Assembly: GCF_006345805.1 (NCBI RefSeq)
Contig: NC_043026.1
Coordinates: 14,363,579 to 14,427,578 of the forward strand
Direction of reading: 5' to 3'
Origin: Octopus sinensis
Lineage: Eukaryota
DNA: 64,000 nucleotides
The stretch's first letter is position 1. Each line of letters starts with the position of its first letter. The notes below the pieces were generated by a model. That model did not search any database and was not told the DNA's origin. It saw only the letters and a list, made by a program, of their open reading frames with translations. Positions 25,330 to 38,656 of the stretch are shown here, in pieces. Both the position numbers and the translations under genes were made by a program.

Positions 25330-27800
25330 ACAGAAAAGGCAGAGAGAGGAGGCAGCTCACCTATAGGCCTAATGGTATTAATCACTTACAGACATGCTCC
25401 AGCATGTTTCAAACTGATTGAACATCATTCAATTGAATGGCTTTAATGTTGACGTTGTCCAGGAGCTCTGTGTCCATAGCAACAGCCTCCATTCCAAGTG
25501 TGACAGCAATACTCCATCGTGGGTCTCATTTGAATTTTGTAGAGTGTGCCCATAGCAACAGCCTCCGTTCCAAGTGTGACAGCAATACTCCATTGTGGGT
25601 CTCATTTGAATTTTGTAGAGTGTGCCCATAGCAACAGCCTCCATTCCAAGTGTGACAGCAATACTCCATCGTGGGTCTCATTTGAATTTTGTAGAGTGTG
25701 ACCATAGCAACAGCCTCCATTCCAAGTGTGACAGCAATACTCCATCGTGGGTCTCATTTGAATTTTGTAGAGTGTGCCCATAGCAACAGCCTCCATTCCA
25801 AGTGTGACACAATACTCCATCGTGGGTCTCATTTGAATTTTGTAGAGTGTGCCCATAGCAACAGCCTTCATTCCAGTGTGACAGCAATACTCCATCGTGG
25901 GTCTCATTTGAATTTTGTAGAGTGTGCCCATAGCAACAGCCTCCATTCCAAGTGTGACAGCAATACTCCATCGTGGGTCTCATTTGAATTTTGTAGAGTG
26001 TGCCCATAGCAACAGCCTCCATTCCAAGTGTGACAGCAATACTCCATCGTGGGTCTCATTTGAATTTTGTAGAGTGTGCCCATAGCAACAGCCTCCATTC
26101 CAAGTGTGACAGCAATACTCCATCGTGGGTCTCATTTGAATTTTGTAGAGTGTGCCCATAGCAACAGCCTCCATTCCAAGTGTGACAGCAATACTCCATC
26201 GTGGGTCTCATTTGAATTTTGTAGAGTGTGACCATAGCAACAGCCTCCGTTCCAAGTGTGACAGCAATACTCCATCGTGGGTCTCATTTGAATTTTGTAG
26301 AGTGTGCCCATAGCAACAGCCTCCATTCCAAGTGTGACAGCAATACTCCATCGTGGGTCTCATTTGAATTTTGTAGAGTGTGCCCATAGCAACAGCCTCC
26401 ATTCCAAGTGTGACAGCAATACTCCATCGTGGGTCTCATTTGAATTTTGTAGAGTGTGCCCATAGCAACAGCCTCCATTCCAAGTGTGACAGCAATACTC
26501 CATCGTGGGTCTCATTTGAATTTTGTAGAGTGTGCCCATAGCAACAGCCTCCATTCAAGTGTGACAGCAATACTCCATCGTGGGTCTCATTTGAATTTTG
26601 TAGAGTGTGACCATAGCAACAGCCTCCGTTCCAAGTGTGACAGCAATACTCCATCGTGGGTCTCATTTGAATTTTGTAGAGTGTGCCCATAGCAACAGCC
26701 TCCATTCCAAGTGTGACAGCAATACTCCATCGTGGGTCTCATTTGAATTTTGTAGAGTGTGCCCATAGCAACAGCCTTCATTCCAAGTGTGACAGCAATA
26801 CTCCATCGTGGGTCTCATTTGAATTTTGTAGAGTGTGCCCATAGCAACAGCCTCCATTCCAAGTGTGACAGCAATAGTCCATCGTGGGTCTCATTGAATT
26901 TTGTAGAGTGTGCCCATAGCAACAGCCTCCATTCCAAGTGTGACAGCAATACTCCATCGTGGGTCTCATTTGAATTTTGTAGAGTGTGCCCATAGCAACA
27001 GCCTCCATTCCAAGTGTGACAGCAATACTCCATCGTGGGTCTCATTTGAATTTTGTAGAGTGTGCCCATAGCAACAGCCTCCATTCCAAGTGTGACAGCA
27101 ATACTCCATCGTGGGTCTCATTTGAATTTTGTAGAGTGTGCCCATAGCAACAGCCTCCATTCCAAGTGTGACAGCAATACTCCATCGTGGGTCTCATTTG
27201 AATTTTGTAGAGTGTGCCCATAGCAACAGCCTTCATTCCAAGTGTGACAGCAATACTCCATCGTGGGTCTCATTTGAATTTTGTAGAGTGTGCCCATAGC
27301 AACAGCCTCCATTCCAAGTGTGACAGCAATAGTCCATCGTGGGTCTCATTTGAATTTTGTAGAGTGTGCCCATAGCAACAGCCTCCATTCCAAGTGTGAC
27401 AGCAATACTCCATCGTGGGTCTCATTTGAATTTTGTAGAGTGTGCCCATAGCAACAGCCTCCATTCCAAGTGTGACAGCAATACTCCATCGTGGGTCTCA
27501 TTTGAATTTTGTAGAGTGTCAGCAGCTGGTAGGGCTGAAAAATTTTCCGGTCCTGAAAGGAAGGGCCAGTTTGGGGATGTAGTACTAGCTATGTAAAGGA
27601 TGTGCTTTCCTCATGAGAGAACCTTGATGATAGGGAGACCCAGTATTTGGAATTACTGTGAGGAATCTGGCTGAGGGTCACTCATATTATAGGAAGAGCT
27701 GCACTGGTGTTTTCTTGATAAGGGGACTGGCTGGGGTTCTTTTATACTCTTAAACGAAACAAAGATGACACGACCCCACTACTATTTTACTCAACTGACA
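25330..27800 (-). mobile_element. Decayed Jockey/I/CR1-group LINE ORF2 fragment hosting a satellite
   Basis: FQILGL..KHILYIAS, RKIFQPYQLLTLYKIQMRPTMEYCCHTW, then DTELLDNVNIKAIQL: the RT C-terminal region, with frameshifts. Confidence 0.75.
25474..27518. repeat. 76-bp tandem satellite, ~27 copies
   Basis: Unit CATAGCAACAGCCTCCATTCCAAGTGTGACAGCAATACTCCATCGTGGGTCTCATTTGAATTTTGTAGAGTGTGCC; the ORF track shows 76-bp periodicity. Confidence 0.97.
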
Positions 27801-27924
27801 GAATTTTTTCCACCTATTCTTATTGGAATCTTTGATACAGAGTATCGAAATTTTAATCTCTTTCACACTTATAAAACGTCAAGCAAACTTAAAAATTTGT
27901 CATAGCCATTATTGTCAGTATGGA

Positions 27925-28230
27925 CAGAACTTATAAATTGTTTACTGCGAAGGAGAAATTAAATATGCTGAATATGCATTTGAATGTAGCAATAGAGCTG
28001 CTGGGAGGCATTTTGATGTTAATGAAGTTGGCGTAAACAGTATGACAAACTTAAAACTGTGCCTAGCAATAAACAGACAGAGACAAAACATACAATCAAG
28101 ATTATCCATATCCTTTCATTTTTTCAGTCAGGAATGTCCATATCACTATGTACGTCATTGGTGTTCCAATGCGAAAGGTAGAAACTCCAAGCAATGTAAA
28201 ATATGGCCTGGGCTGTGTTTACCAACATGA
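27925..28230 (+). mobile_element. pogo-like transposase N-terminal relic
   Basis: EIKYAEYAFECSNRAAGRHFDVNE resembles the Brinker-type DNA-binding domain of pogo elements (YAEEHGNRAAGRKFDV). Confidence 0.55.
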
Positions 28231-28242
28231 ACATCAGACTTC

Positions 28243-28870
28243 GTGGAGGCACATGCCCTAGTGGTTAGAGCAGCGGACTTGCAGTTGATGGATCGCGAGT
28301 TCGAATCTCAGACCGGGTGATGTGTGTGTTTATGAGCAAAAACACCTAAGCTCCACGCGGCTCCGGCAGAAGGTAATGGCGAACCTTCTGTTGACTTTTT
28401 CGCCACAACTTTCTCTCACTCTTTCCTCCTGCATCTAGCAGCTCACCTGTGACGGACCGGCATCCCGTCCAGGTGGGGAACCTATACGCCAAAGAAACCG
28501 GAAACCGGCCCTTATGAGCCAGGGATGGCTCAAGAAGGAACAAACATATATATATATATATATATGTGGAGGCATATGGCCTAGTGGTTAGAGCAGCGGA
28601 CTCACGGTCGAGGGATCGTGGGTTCAAATCTCAGACCGGGCGATGTGTGTGTTTATGAGCGAAACACCTAAGCTCTACTCGGCTCTGGCAGAAGGTAATG
28701 GCGAAACTTCTGCTTTCGCCACAACTTTCTCTCACTCTTTCCTCCTGCACCTGCGACAGACCGGCGTCCTGTGCAGGTGGGGACCCTATACACCAAGAAA
28801 CCGGAAAACAGGCCCTTATGAGCCAGGCATGGCTCGAGAAGGAACAAACAACAACAAACAAAACAAAAAC
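28243..28870 (+). mobile_element. Head-to-tail dimer of SINE subfamily B2 inside one TSD
   Basis: 13-bp aacatcagacttc at 28230-28242 and 28871-28883. Other B2 copies at 33062-33360(-) and 53205-53511(-). Confidence 0.85.
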
Positions 28871-29717
28871 AACATCAGACTTCAAAAAGTAGTTAACCAT
28901 TTAATGGTTTTGATAAATTTATATAGAAAATATAAGCATTATACCGTCCAGCATAAATAAAAGTCAACTTCATTATATCTATTCTGCAAAAACCTATTTT
29001 GACATTAAATGAGTCAACTTCCTGTATCTCTTTTCTCTTTTACTTGTTTCAGTCATTTGACTGCGGCCATGCTGGAGCACCGCCTTTAGTCGAGCAAATC
29101 GACTCCAGGACCTATTCTTTTGTAAGCTCAGTACTTATTCTATCAATCTTTTTTGCCGAACCGCTAAGTAACGGGGACGTAACCACACCAGCATCAGTTG
29201 TCAAGCAATGCTAGGGGGACAAACACAGGCACACGGACATACACACACATATATATATATACATATATACGACGGGCTTCTTTCAGTTTCCGTCTACCAA
29301 ATCCACTCACAAGGCTTTGATCGGCCCGAGGCTATAGTAGAAGACATTTGCCCAAGGTGCCATGCAGTGGGACTGAACCCGGAACCATGTGGTTGGTAAA
29401 CGAGCTACTTACCACACAGCCACTCCTACGCCTATGTATGAATGTTTACATTTTGTACATCTTTTTACAACAAAAAAAATTTTCAGAATAAATTCTGGAA
29501 ACGATCTACTCATGCAATTTGTGCACCCCTTAAAGTTTATTTCTATTTTTGAGAAAAAACTGCATAAATTACATGGGTTTTTACAGTAAAAGATACATAC
29601 ATACAATGGGTTTCTTTCAGTTTCTATCAACCAGATCCACTCACAAGGCTTTGGTTGGCCCAAGGCTATAGTAGAAGACACTTTTGCCCAAGGTGTCATG
29701 CACTGGGACTTGACTTG

Positions 29718-29750
<33 letters not shown>

Positions 29751-29954
29751 GTGTTTGTCAAGTTTGTGTCCTGTAGATACTGCTAATACACCCATTCATA
29801 CATACATAGGTACAATCATACAGTCATACACATACACACACGTATGTTCATGTACACTGATCTATTGATTATTGCCTAGACTGATAGATTTATCAGAGAG
29901 AAAAAAAAATAGAGAAAAATGGTTAGGTCATCACAGTCTATCATTAATAATAAA

Positions 29955-30081
29955 AAATGATAATGATAACAATAATAATAATAATAATAGTAATAATAAT
30001 AATAATGATAGTAATAATAATAATGATAATATTAATAATAATAATGATAATAATATTAATAATAATAATGATAATGATAAT

Positions 30082-30113
<32 letters not shown>

Positions 30114-30371
30114 AATAATAATGATAATAATAATAATAATAATAATGATAATAATAATAATAATAATGATAATTATAATAATGATGATAATAATAATAAT
30201 AGTAATAATAATGATAGTAATAATAATGATGATAATAATAATGATAATGATAATAATAATAATGATAATAATAATGATGATAATGATAATAATAATAAAA
30301 ATGATATAATAATAATAATGATAGTAATAATAATGATAATAATAATAATAATAATGATAATAATAATAATG

Positions 30372-30405
<34 letters not shown>

Positions 30406-30420
30406 TAATAATAATGGTGG
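29955..30420. repeat. (AAT)n/(GAT)n microsatellite
   Basis: Direct inspection. Confidence 0.95.
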
Positions 30421-31198
30421 TGGTGGCAGTGGTGTTTGTGGTACCAACAGTGATATAGTAATGATTTCTGTTATTGCCTCACTGGTGAAGGCTGAGCAGT
30501 AGTAGTAGGTGGGAGTGATGTGTATAAGGAGCTTTCCCTCTATAATGATTGAAAGAGGCTGTGTGGTAAGTAGCTTGCTTACCAACCACACGGTTCCGGG
30601 TTCAGTCCCACTGCGTGGCACCTTGGGCAAAAGTGTCTTCTACTATAGCTTCGGACCAACCAAAGCCTTGTGAGTGGATTTGGTAGACGGAAACTGAAAG
30701 AAGCCCGTCGTATATATATATATATATGTATATATATGTGTGTTTGTGTGTCTGTGTTTTATCCCCAACATCACTTGACAACTGATGCTGGTATGTTTAC
30801 GTCTCCGTTACTTAGCGGTTCGGCAAAAGAGACCAATAGAATAAGTACTGGGCTTACAAAGAATAAGTCCCGGGTTCGATTTGCTCGACTAAAAGGCGGT
30901 GCTCCAGCATGGCCGCAGTCAAATGACTGAAACAAGTAAAAGAGTAAAAAGAAGTAGTAGCAAACGAACTCAAATATGAACTCACACACTCACACACATA
31001 CCAAGAGTAACAGCAAAATTGTCAATCTCACAAATTCTTAAAACTTCTTAAAACCAATAAACTAATCGATTAGCATTTATTGTTGTATTTTGGAATGGTC
31101 ATTTTGCCAGTTTAGCCAATAAAAAAACACACACTATATATTTGGTGTTACTTCGCTTCAGTGTTATTTATTTTTTACATTAAACTTAATCTTATTTC

Positions 31199-31243
31199 GG
31201 CCAGAGTTCTTTCATCACACTCCTGTTACCTCATCAGTGGTCC
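31199..31243 (-). ncRNA. Type I minimal hammerhead-ribozyme-like motif
   Basis: GGACCA CTGATGA G GTAAC AGGAGT GTGAT GAAA G AA CTC TGGCC: core boxes present, stem II imperfect, CUC cleavage triplet. Confidence 0.6.
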
Positions 31244-31586
31244 TTTGCTTTCTTTTTTCTTATTTGTGTCTGGCCGAAATAAGATTAAGATTAATGTAAT
31301 AAATAAATAACACTGAAGCAAAGTAACACAAAATATATAGTGCGTGTGTTTTTATTGGCTAAACTGGCAAAATGACCATTCCGAAATACAACAATATCTG
31401 TTTCAACACACGACCTCACATAAAAAATCTTGCACAACAAATATATAAACGTAATCGATTAGCAATTTTCCATTTTCCCAGATAAGACATCTGGCTACAT
31501 TGACACTAGTTTTTGTAAGAATCAGTGAAATACCCATTGAGATATTTAGCTAGAAAGAGAACAGGCTGAAATCGACAGCCCTCACC

Positions 31587-33830
31587 ATGTCTTCCCAACT
31601 GAGCAATGTTGAGAGGGCTAAGATCATCCAGTCCTTCAGTAATGGTACCAACACACATTGTCTGGTTTCTGTCTTCAAAGTCCATTCAAGAACCATCAGG
31701 AAAATTGTGACTAAGTTTGAGAAAGAGGAAATAGTAGAAAGGAAAACTGGATCAAGAGGTCATAACTGGATCAAGAGGGATCATCGTTTCAATCTGGAGC
31801 TGAAGAGATCAATCAGAAGAGATCCAACACAATTTGCAAGACGTTTGGCACATGAGAGGAGTTTCAGCTATGGAAGTCCAAAGAGTGGTGACAGAAGACT
31901 TGAACATGAAATCATTGAGATCTGTGAGGCACCGTGTTACTACAGAATGTGGAGGCGCAATGGCCCAGTGGTTAGGGCAGCGGACTCGCGGTCATAGGAT
32001 CGCGGTTTCGATTCCCAGACCGGGCGTTGTGAGTGTTTATTGAGCGAAAACACCTAAAAGCTCCACGAGGCTCCGGCAGGGGATGGTGGTGATCCCTGCT
32101 CTACTCTTTCACCACAACTTTCTCTCACTCTTACTTCCTGTTTCTGTTGTACCTGTATTTCAAGGGGCCGGCCCTTGTTACTCTCTGTGTTGCGCTGAAT
32201 ATCCCCGAGAACTACGTTAAGGGTACACGTGTCTGTGGAGTGCTCAGCCACTTACACGTTAATTTCACGAGCAAGCTGTTCCGTTGATTCGGATCAACCG
32301 GAACCCTCGTCGTCGTAACCGACATAGTGCTTCCATACTACAGAATAAAAGGTTAGAAGATTGGAGAGAGTGAAGATCATCTTGAAGATTATCTTGAACA
32401 AAGTGAAACATAATCCTGGAATGATCTTTTATGCAGATAAGAAGAATTTCACCCAAATACATATCCATACAGATGCAACAGCTGCCTTCTAGTTTTAGAT
32501 CCTCACAAGAGAGCCAAAGGCCATTTTCAGGTGCAATAAACCCTACTAAGGGGATGATTTTTACCTGTGTGGTCTCTGGTGGCAAGAAGATGCCATTACT
32601 CTTACTCTTTTACTTGTTTCAGTCATTTGACTGCGGCCATGCTGGAGCACCGCCTTTAGTCGAGCAAATCGACCCCGGGACTTGTTCTTTGTAAGCCCAG
32701 TACTTATTCTATCGGTGTCTTTTGCCGAACCACTAAGTGACGGGGATGTAAACACACCAGCATCGGTTGTCAAGCAATGCTAGGGGGACAAACACAGACG
32801 CACAGTCGTATATATGTATATCATCATCATCATCCGTTAAACGATGATGATGATGATGATGATGATATACATATATACGACAGGCTTCTTTCAGTTTCCG
32901 TCTACCAAATCCACTCACAAGGCATGGGTCGGCCTGGAGCTATAGCAGAAGACACTTGCCCAAGATGCCACGCAGTGGGACTGAACCTGAAACTATGTGG
33001 TTGGTAAGCAAGCTACTTACCACACAGCCACTCTTGCGCCATTGATCATCTTTTTTTTTTTTTGTTTCTTCTCGAGCCATTCCTGGCTCATAAGGGCCGT
33101 TTTCCCGGTTTCTTGGCATATAAGTTCCCCACCTGGACGGGACGCCGGTCCATTGCAGGTGAGCTGCATGATGCAGGAGGAAAGAGCGAGAGAAAGTTGT
33201 GGCGAAAGAGTCAGCAGAAGTTCGCCATTACCTTCTGCCGGAGCTGTGTGGAGCTTAGGTGTTTCGCTCGTAAACATACACATCGCCCGGTCTGAGATTC
33301 GAACCCGTGATCCCTCGACCGCAAGCCTGCTGCTCTAACCACTAGGCCATGTGCTTCCACATTGATCATCTTCCAGAAGGCTGAGAGTCTGATAAGAATT
33401 TGTAATGTTCAAGTTTTCAAAGATGTAAAGACCTGGATTCTTTCAGAATATCCTGAGGCAAGAGACAAGCGAAACCCTGCCAAGATCCCTAAGGACTTCA
33501 AGTTTACATTCCAGCAAGATGGAGCCACATGTCACACAAGTGCAGGGGCTCAAAAATTTCTCAGGGATGAATTTAGGAACAGGTTTTTGAAATGGGGATA
33601 CAACCCACTTCATCATTTGACCTGAACCCTTTAGACTTCAGCATCTGGGAGGAACTGATCAGATAATTTTGTGAGAAGCCCTACTGTAACCTGCAAGCTC
33701 TAAAAATCTCCATCCATAGGAGGAGGGCATTGATGAAGAATTCATTAAGAAAGCCTGGGGTACAGTAGGGAGAGGGTTCAGGAAGTCATTGCCAAGAGAG
33801 GAGCAACTATTGATTCCTAACAGGTAGAAT
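31587..33830 (+). mobile_element. Decayed DD37D (maT-like) Tc1/mariner element split by three SINEs
   Basis: N-terminal HTH (31587), RLERVK..IFYADKKNFT and VVSGGKKMP (32340-32597), FQQDGATCHTS and DLNPLDFSIW-like remnants (33500-33660). Confidence 0.75.
31949..32336 (+). mobile_element. SINE family B
   Basis: Full-length copy inside the DD37D relic. Confidence 0.9.
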
Positions 33831-33868
33831 TTCAGCCAGAATTGTCTCAGGCACTTTGAAATAAGACT

Positions 33869-35083
33869 TTAACCCTTTAGCATTTAAACCGGCCATATCC
33901 GGCCCAAATATTCTCTTTACTCTTTTACTCTTTTATTTGTTTCAGTCATTTGACTGTGGCCATGCTGGGGCACTGCCTTTAATCGAGCAACTCGACCGCG
34001 GGACTTATTCTTTTGTAAGCCCAGTACTTATTCTATCGGTCTCTTTTGCTGAACCGCTAAGTAACAGCTAAGATTCTACCTATCTTATGTTCAAACTATC
34101 CAGATTTCACCTCTCACACCTACCATGCCATGTCATTCTAAATATAAACAATCACACCATCAAAGTCCCAAAGCTATGAAATGATGCATGATTAATTAAA
34201 AGCAATGTGAATGTGTAACCATTTCATTTGGCAGATTAATCTGAACGTGAAAGGGTTAAGCTTCTATTTGAACTTTAATTCATTCCTTTATGAGTTCTCA
34301 ATCCTGAGCAATGCTTAATTATTTATGGAAATGTCATTTTTGTCCTTGATCAACTTTATCATGATTCTTCTGGCGAGCTTGGAGAGTAATCAGCATTTTC
34401 TCTTGCTCAAAGCAGAGTCCAATAGTATTGGGAAAACCTCTGATAATTCCATAAAATTAACTAAAAGCATTCCTAAAATACAAAAGTTTGAAGCTGAATC
34501 TAAAATTTGGAGTTTTGCTGATACACTTAGTATATATATATATATGCATATGTAAATCTAAAATAGAAATAAAATTTTAGATTTGATTCTTTCTGTGCAG
34601 CCTGGTTCTGGTCCATGACCTAGTAGTTGGGGACCCCTGTTCTACATTATTAATTAGGAAGCATTGATGACCTGAGGTTTTCCCAATACTATTAGACTCT
34701 GCTTTTGAGCAAGAGAAAATGTTGATTACTCTCCAAGCTCGCCAGAAGAATTATGATAAAGTTGATCAAGGACGACAATGACATTTCCATAAATAATTAA
34801 CCATTGCTCGGGATTGAGAACTCATAAAGGAATGAATTAAAGTTCAAATAGAAGCTTAACCCTTTCACGTTCAGATTAATCTGCTAAATGAAATGGTTAT
34901 ACATTCACATTGCTTTCAATTAATCATGCATCATTTCATAGCTTTGGGATTTCGATGGTGTGATTGTTTATATTTAGAATGACATGGCATGGTAGGTGTG
35001 AGAGGTGAAATCTGGATAGTTTGAACATAAGATAGGTAGAATATTTGGGCCGGATATGGCCGGTTTAAATCATAAAGGGTTAA
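33869..35083. repeat. Inverted duplication of a piggyBac-type MITE plus unique flank
   Basis: Arms 33869-34440 and 34674-35083, ~230-bp spacer; a family A fragment interrupts only the left arm. Confidence 0.9.
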
Positions 35084-35997
35084 ATTCTTATTTCAAAGTG
35101 CTGAAATTCTACCTGTTAGGAATCAAGTACATAGACATCGAAATAAATATCAAATGGAAATAGTAGTTGTGATACCTGTGCCGGTGGCACATGAAAAGCA
35201 CTATCCGAGCATGGCCGATGCCAGCGCCGCCTTGTCTGGCTTCTGTGCTGGTGGCACGTAAAAAGCACTAACCGATCATGGCCACTGCCAGCCTCCCTTG
35301 GCACCTGTGCTGGTGGCACGTAAAAAGCACCCACTACACTCATGGAGTGGTTGGCGTTAGGAAGGGCATCCAGCTGTAGAAACACTGCCAGATGAGACTG
35401 GAGCTTGGTGCAGCCTTCTGGCTTCCCAGACCCCGGCTGAACCGTCCAACCCGTGCTAGCATGGAAAACGGACGTTAAACGATGATGATGATATGTAAAT
35501 ATATAAAGTCGATGTATGTGTCTGCACACACACACATACACACACATTGGGACCAAAATAAAATATTAATCTCTACCAGTTATTGAGTATACTCTTCTCT
35601 TTTTTTTATGACAGTTAATACTAAACAAGTATACATACCGTCATCAATTAACATCTGCCTTCCATGCAGGTATAGGTTGGATGCTTTCACAGGAGCTGGC
35701 CAGCAGAAGACTGCACCAGATCTCTGTATCTGTTTTGGCCTGGTTTTTTATGGCTGGATGCCCTTCCTAACAGCAACCTCCCCCACAGAGTAGGATGAGT
35801 GCTTTTTACAGTGTGAACTGGATGCTTTTTATGTGACACCAGCATTGGCAGGGTCACCAACTAACTTGCAAGAACAGGAATTTTGAGAGGGAAAGGGGCA
35901 TTGGAGGAGGTGAGCTTGTGTCGGATGATGACAGAGAGAAAGAGAGAGAGAGAAACAAGTGTCTTGCTTTAGAGGAGGTATATGGTTACTCGGCCAC

Positions 35998-36037
35998 AGG
36001 AAGAAAGAGAGAAAGAAAGCAAGAAAGAGAGGGAGAG

Positions 36038-36068
<31 letters not shown>

Positions 36069-36325
36069 GAGGGAGAAAGAAAGAAAGAAAGAAAGAGAGG
36101 GAGAGAGAAAAGAAAGAAAGAGAGGAAGAGAGAAAGAAAGAAAGAGAGGAAGAGAGAAAGAAAGAAAGAAAGAGAGGGAGAGAGAAAGAAAGAAAGAAAG
36201 AAAGAAAGAGAGGGAGAGAGGAGAGAGAAAGAAAGAAAGAGAGGGAGAGAGAGAGAAAGAAAGAAAGAGAGGGAGAAAGAAAGAAAGAGAGGGAGAGAGA
36301 AAGAAAGAAAGAAAGAGAGGGAGAG

Positions 36326-36364
<39 letters not shown>

Positions 36365-36370
36365 GAAATA
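35998..36370. repeat. (GAAA/GA)n polypurine tract
   Basis: Direct inspection; the KERE-rich ORFs here are artefacts. Confidence 0.95.
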
Positions 36371-36842
36371 AAAAGAAGGAGGGAGCATTAACAAAAAAGA
36401 GGGCAAAAACAAGCATGCTGCTGTAAAGGAGATACATAGTTACCCAGCCAGAGGGAAGAGCAAGTGAAGGAGAGGTAGAGAGAGGGTGATCAAGAATGAG
36501 GGCAGAAACAGGTGTGCTTCTGTAAAGGAGATACATGCTAAAGAGTATACAATAAATGTGGATACGTTTAGCCAGGCCACTTTGGCCACTCTTACTCAAC
36601 ACTTATAAAAATTTAATGGAAGACAATATTCCCCCACCCCACCTTCCTTTTGAAGGGTACTTGAATAAGATAAAGAAAGCATTGTTCTCAAACCATTCAA
36701 CCGTTATACAACTTCCCTTACCATAGCAACCAGATGGTACGTTGACCTTCACAATGAACTTGACTGATAGCCAGATCCATCATGCATGTGATAACAGCTG
36801 TTTAATATAAAGTCACAAATCAGCAATGCTTACATACTTATT

Positions 36843-36998
36843 TCTTTACTGCCCACAAGGGGCTAAACACAGAGGGAACAAACAAGGACAGACAAACGGA
36901 TTAAGTCGATTATATCGACTCCAGTGCGTAACTGGTACTTATTTAATCGACCCCGAAAGGATGAAAGGCAAAGTCGACCTCGGCGGAATTTGAACTCA
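36843..36998 (-). mobile_element. SINE family M, 5'-truncated
   Basis: Body from the B box to the tail. A monomer with head lies at 59205-59437(+). Confidence 0.85.
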
Positions 36999-38413
36999 CA
37001 TACTGAAATAGAAAATGTACCTTGGATGAGTTTGACTTCTTTTGTAGCTCCAGCATGGCCATGCTTGTAGAGTTTAGCCCAAACATACAAAGCACCCCAT
37101 TATACCGTAAGGTCAAGGATTCACAGAAATTGTTCATAATCTCTGACATGGGACGTCCTTCAGTAGACACTTTGAAAACCATCCTCATTGAAGCTCCAAA
37201 TTGCTCTTGAGCCCTCCATAGAATATCAAGGGTTGACGTTTCACCTGTCCCCTATTCCGGCCTGAAGATAATGATGAACATTGAGCAACATTATAGATGC
37301 TCATGATAATAGTTACCATAAAAGTTTATTGCTTTTTACGTGCCACCGGCACAGGTGCCAAATGAGGCTGGCAAACGGCCACGTTCGGATGGTACTTTTT
37401 ACGTGCCACCGGCACGGAGGCCAGTCGGAGCGGCACTGGCAATATATATCCAACCACGTGTCTATTCCCCCACTACAATATTTTCTACGTTTGCTGTCCT
37501 GTTTAACAAATATACATACACACACACCACACACACACACACATATATATATTACATAAAAAATATATATAAAAATACAAAATGGGACAAGAATGCAAAA
37601 CATTCAAATAGACGACACAAAAAAACGGACGGGTCATTCGAAGCCTCTAATCTTCAGTCAAGAACCGGATCATCCTCGCAATTTCGGCTGATATATATAT
37701 ATATATATATATGAGTAACTATGTTTAGAGCCTCAATGACTATGAAGCTGAAGTGTATAGCATTCTCAAAGCATTAAGTTTGGGAGACTCCTCCCTGAGT
37801 CATTGCAAGGTGCCCTAGTGTCTCACTGAGTACAAATTTTCTGCTGAGTGTACATGAGCAACGTGTGCGTTATTCCGAAACTCAACATACTGCCCAGTCA
37901 GACGAACCCACTGCCTAACAAATGATTGGTCAACATTATAATAAGACTATGCAGCTTTCTCCTATCAACACATACACACCTATATATACACATAGCATAC
38001 TCTATAACAGAATTGAAGCATTTGCTAAAACTTTAAAAAATATGAAAAAAACATTTGTTCTAGAGTTATCTGCATAATGAATCTCTTGTGAATTTTACTC
38101 TCCTTGAACTCTGAATACGAGATATATGTGTTTGTGTGTGTGGAGAGAGAGAGAGAGACAGAAGAAAAATAGAGATAGGTAGATAGAGAGAGAGAGAGAG
38201 AAACACTTGGATGATCACCAATCAAGTTAAAAATAATATGAAAATTTAAACTTATATGAACAGAAGAGACTTAGTTTTTATTTTCAGACACCAGAAGAAA
38301 AAAAACATATAGAGCAGATTTCTGTGTGTATATGTATATATAAATACATTTATGTACACAACATATTATATATATATATATATACATATATAAACATATA
38401 TATATATATATGC

Positions 38414-38486
<73 letters not shown>

Positions 38487-38566
38487 CACATATATATACA
38501 TACATACATATATATGCATACATACATACATACACACATACGTACATACACACACACGCACATACA

Positions 38567-38598
<32 letters not shown>

Positions 38599-38609
38599 CA
38601 CACACACAC

Positions 38610-38656
<47 letters not shown>

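Noticed and set aside
31949-32030. tRNA genes (SINE heads with A and B boxes)
   Set aside because: No complete acceptor stem; each continues into a SINE body.
36710-36810. X-box-like CTTACCATAGCAAC / possible small exon
   Set aside because: A single short motif with no conservation evidence; similar sequence occurs in the 76-bp satellite.
37020-37250. Open minus-strand frame ending at AAG|gtacat
   Set aside because: No MCC similarity and the best acceptor gives stops; more likely a decayed RTE-like remnant, which I could not confirm.
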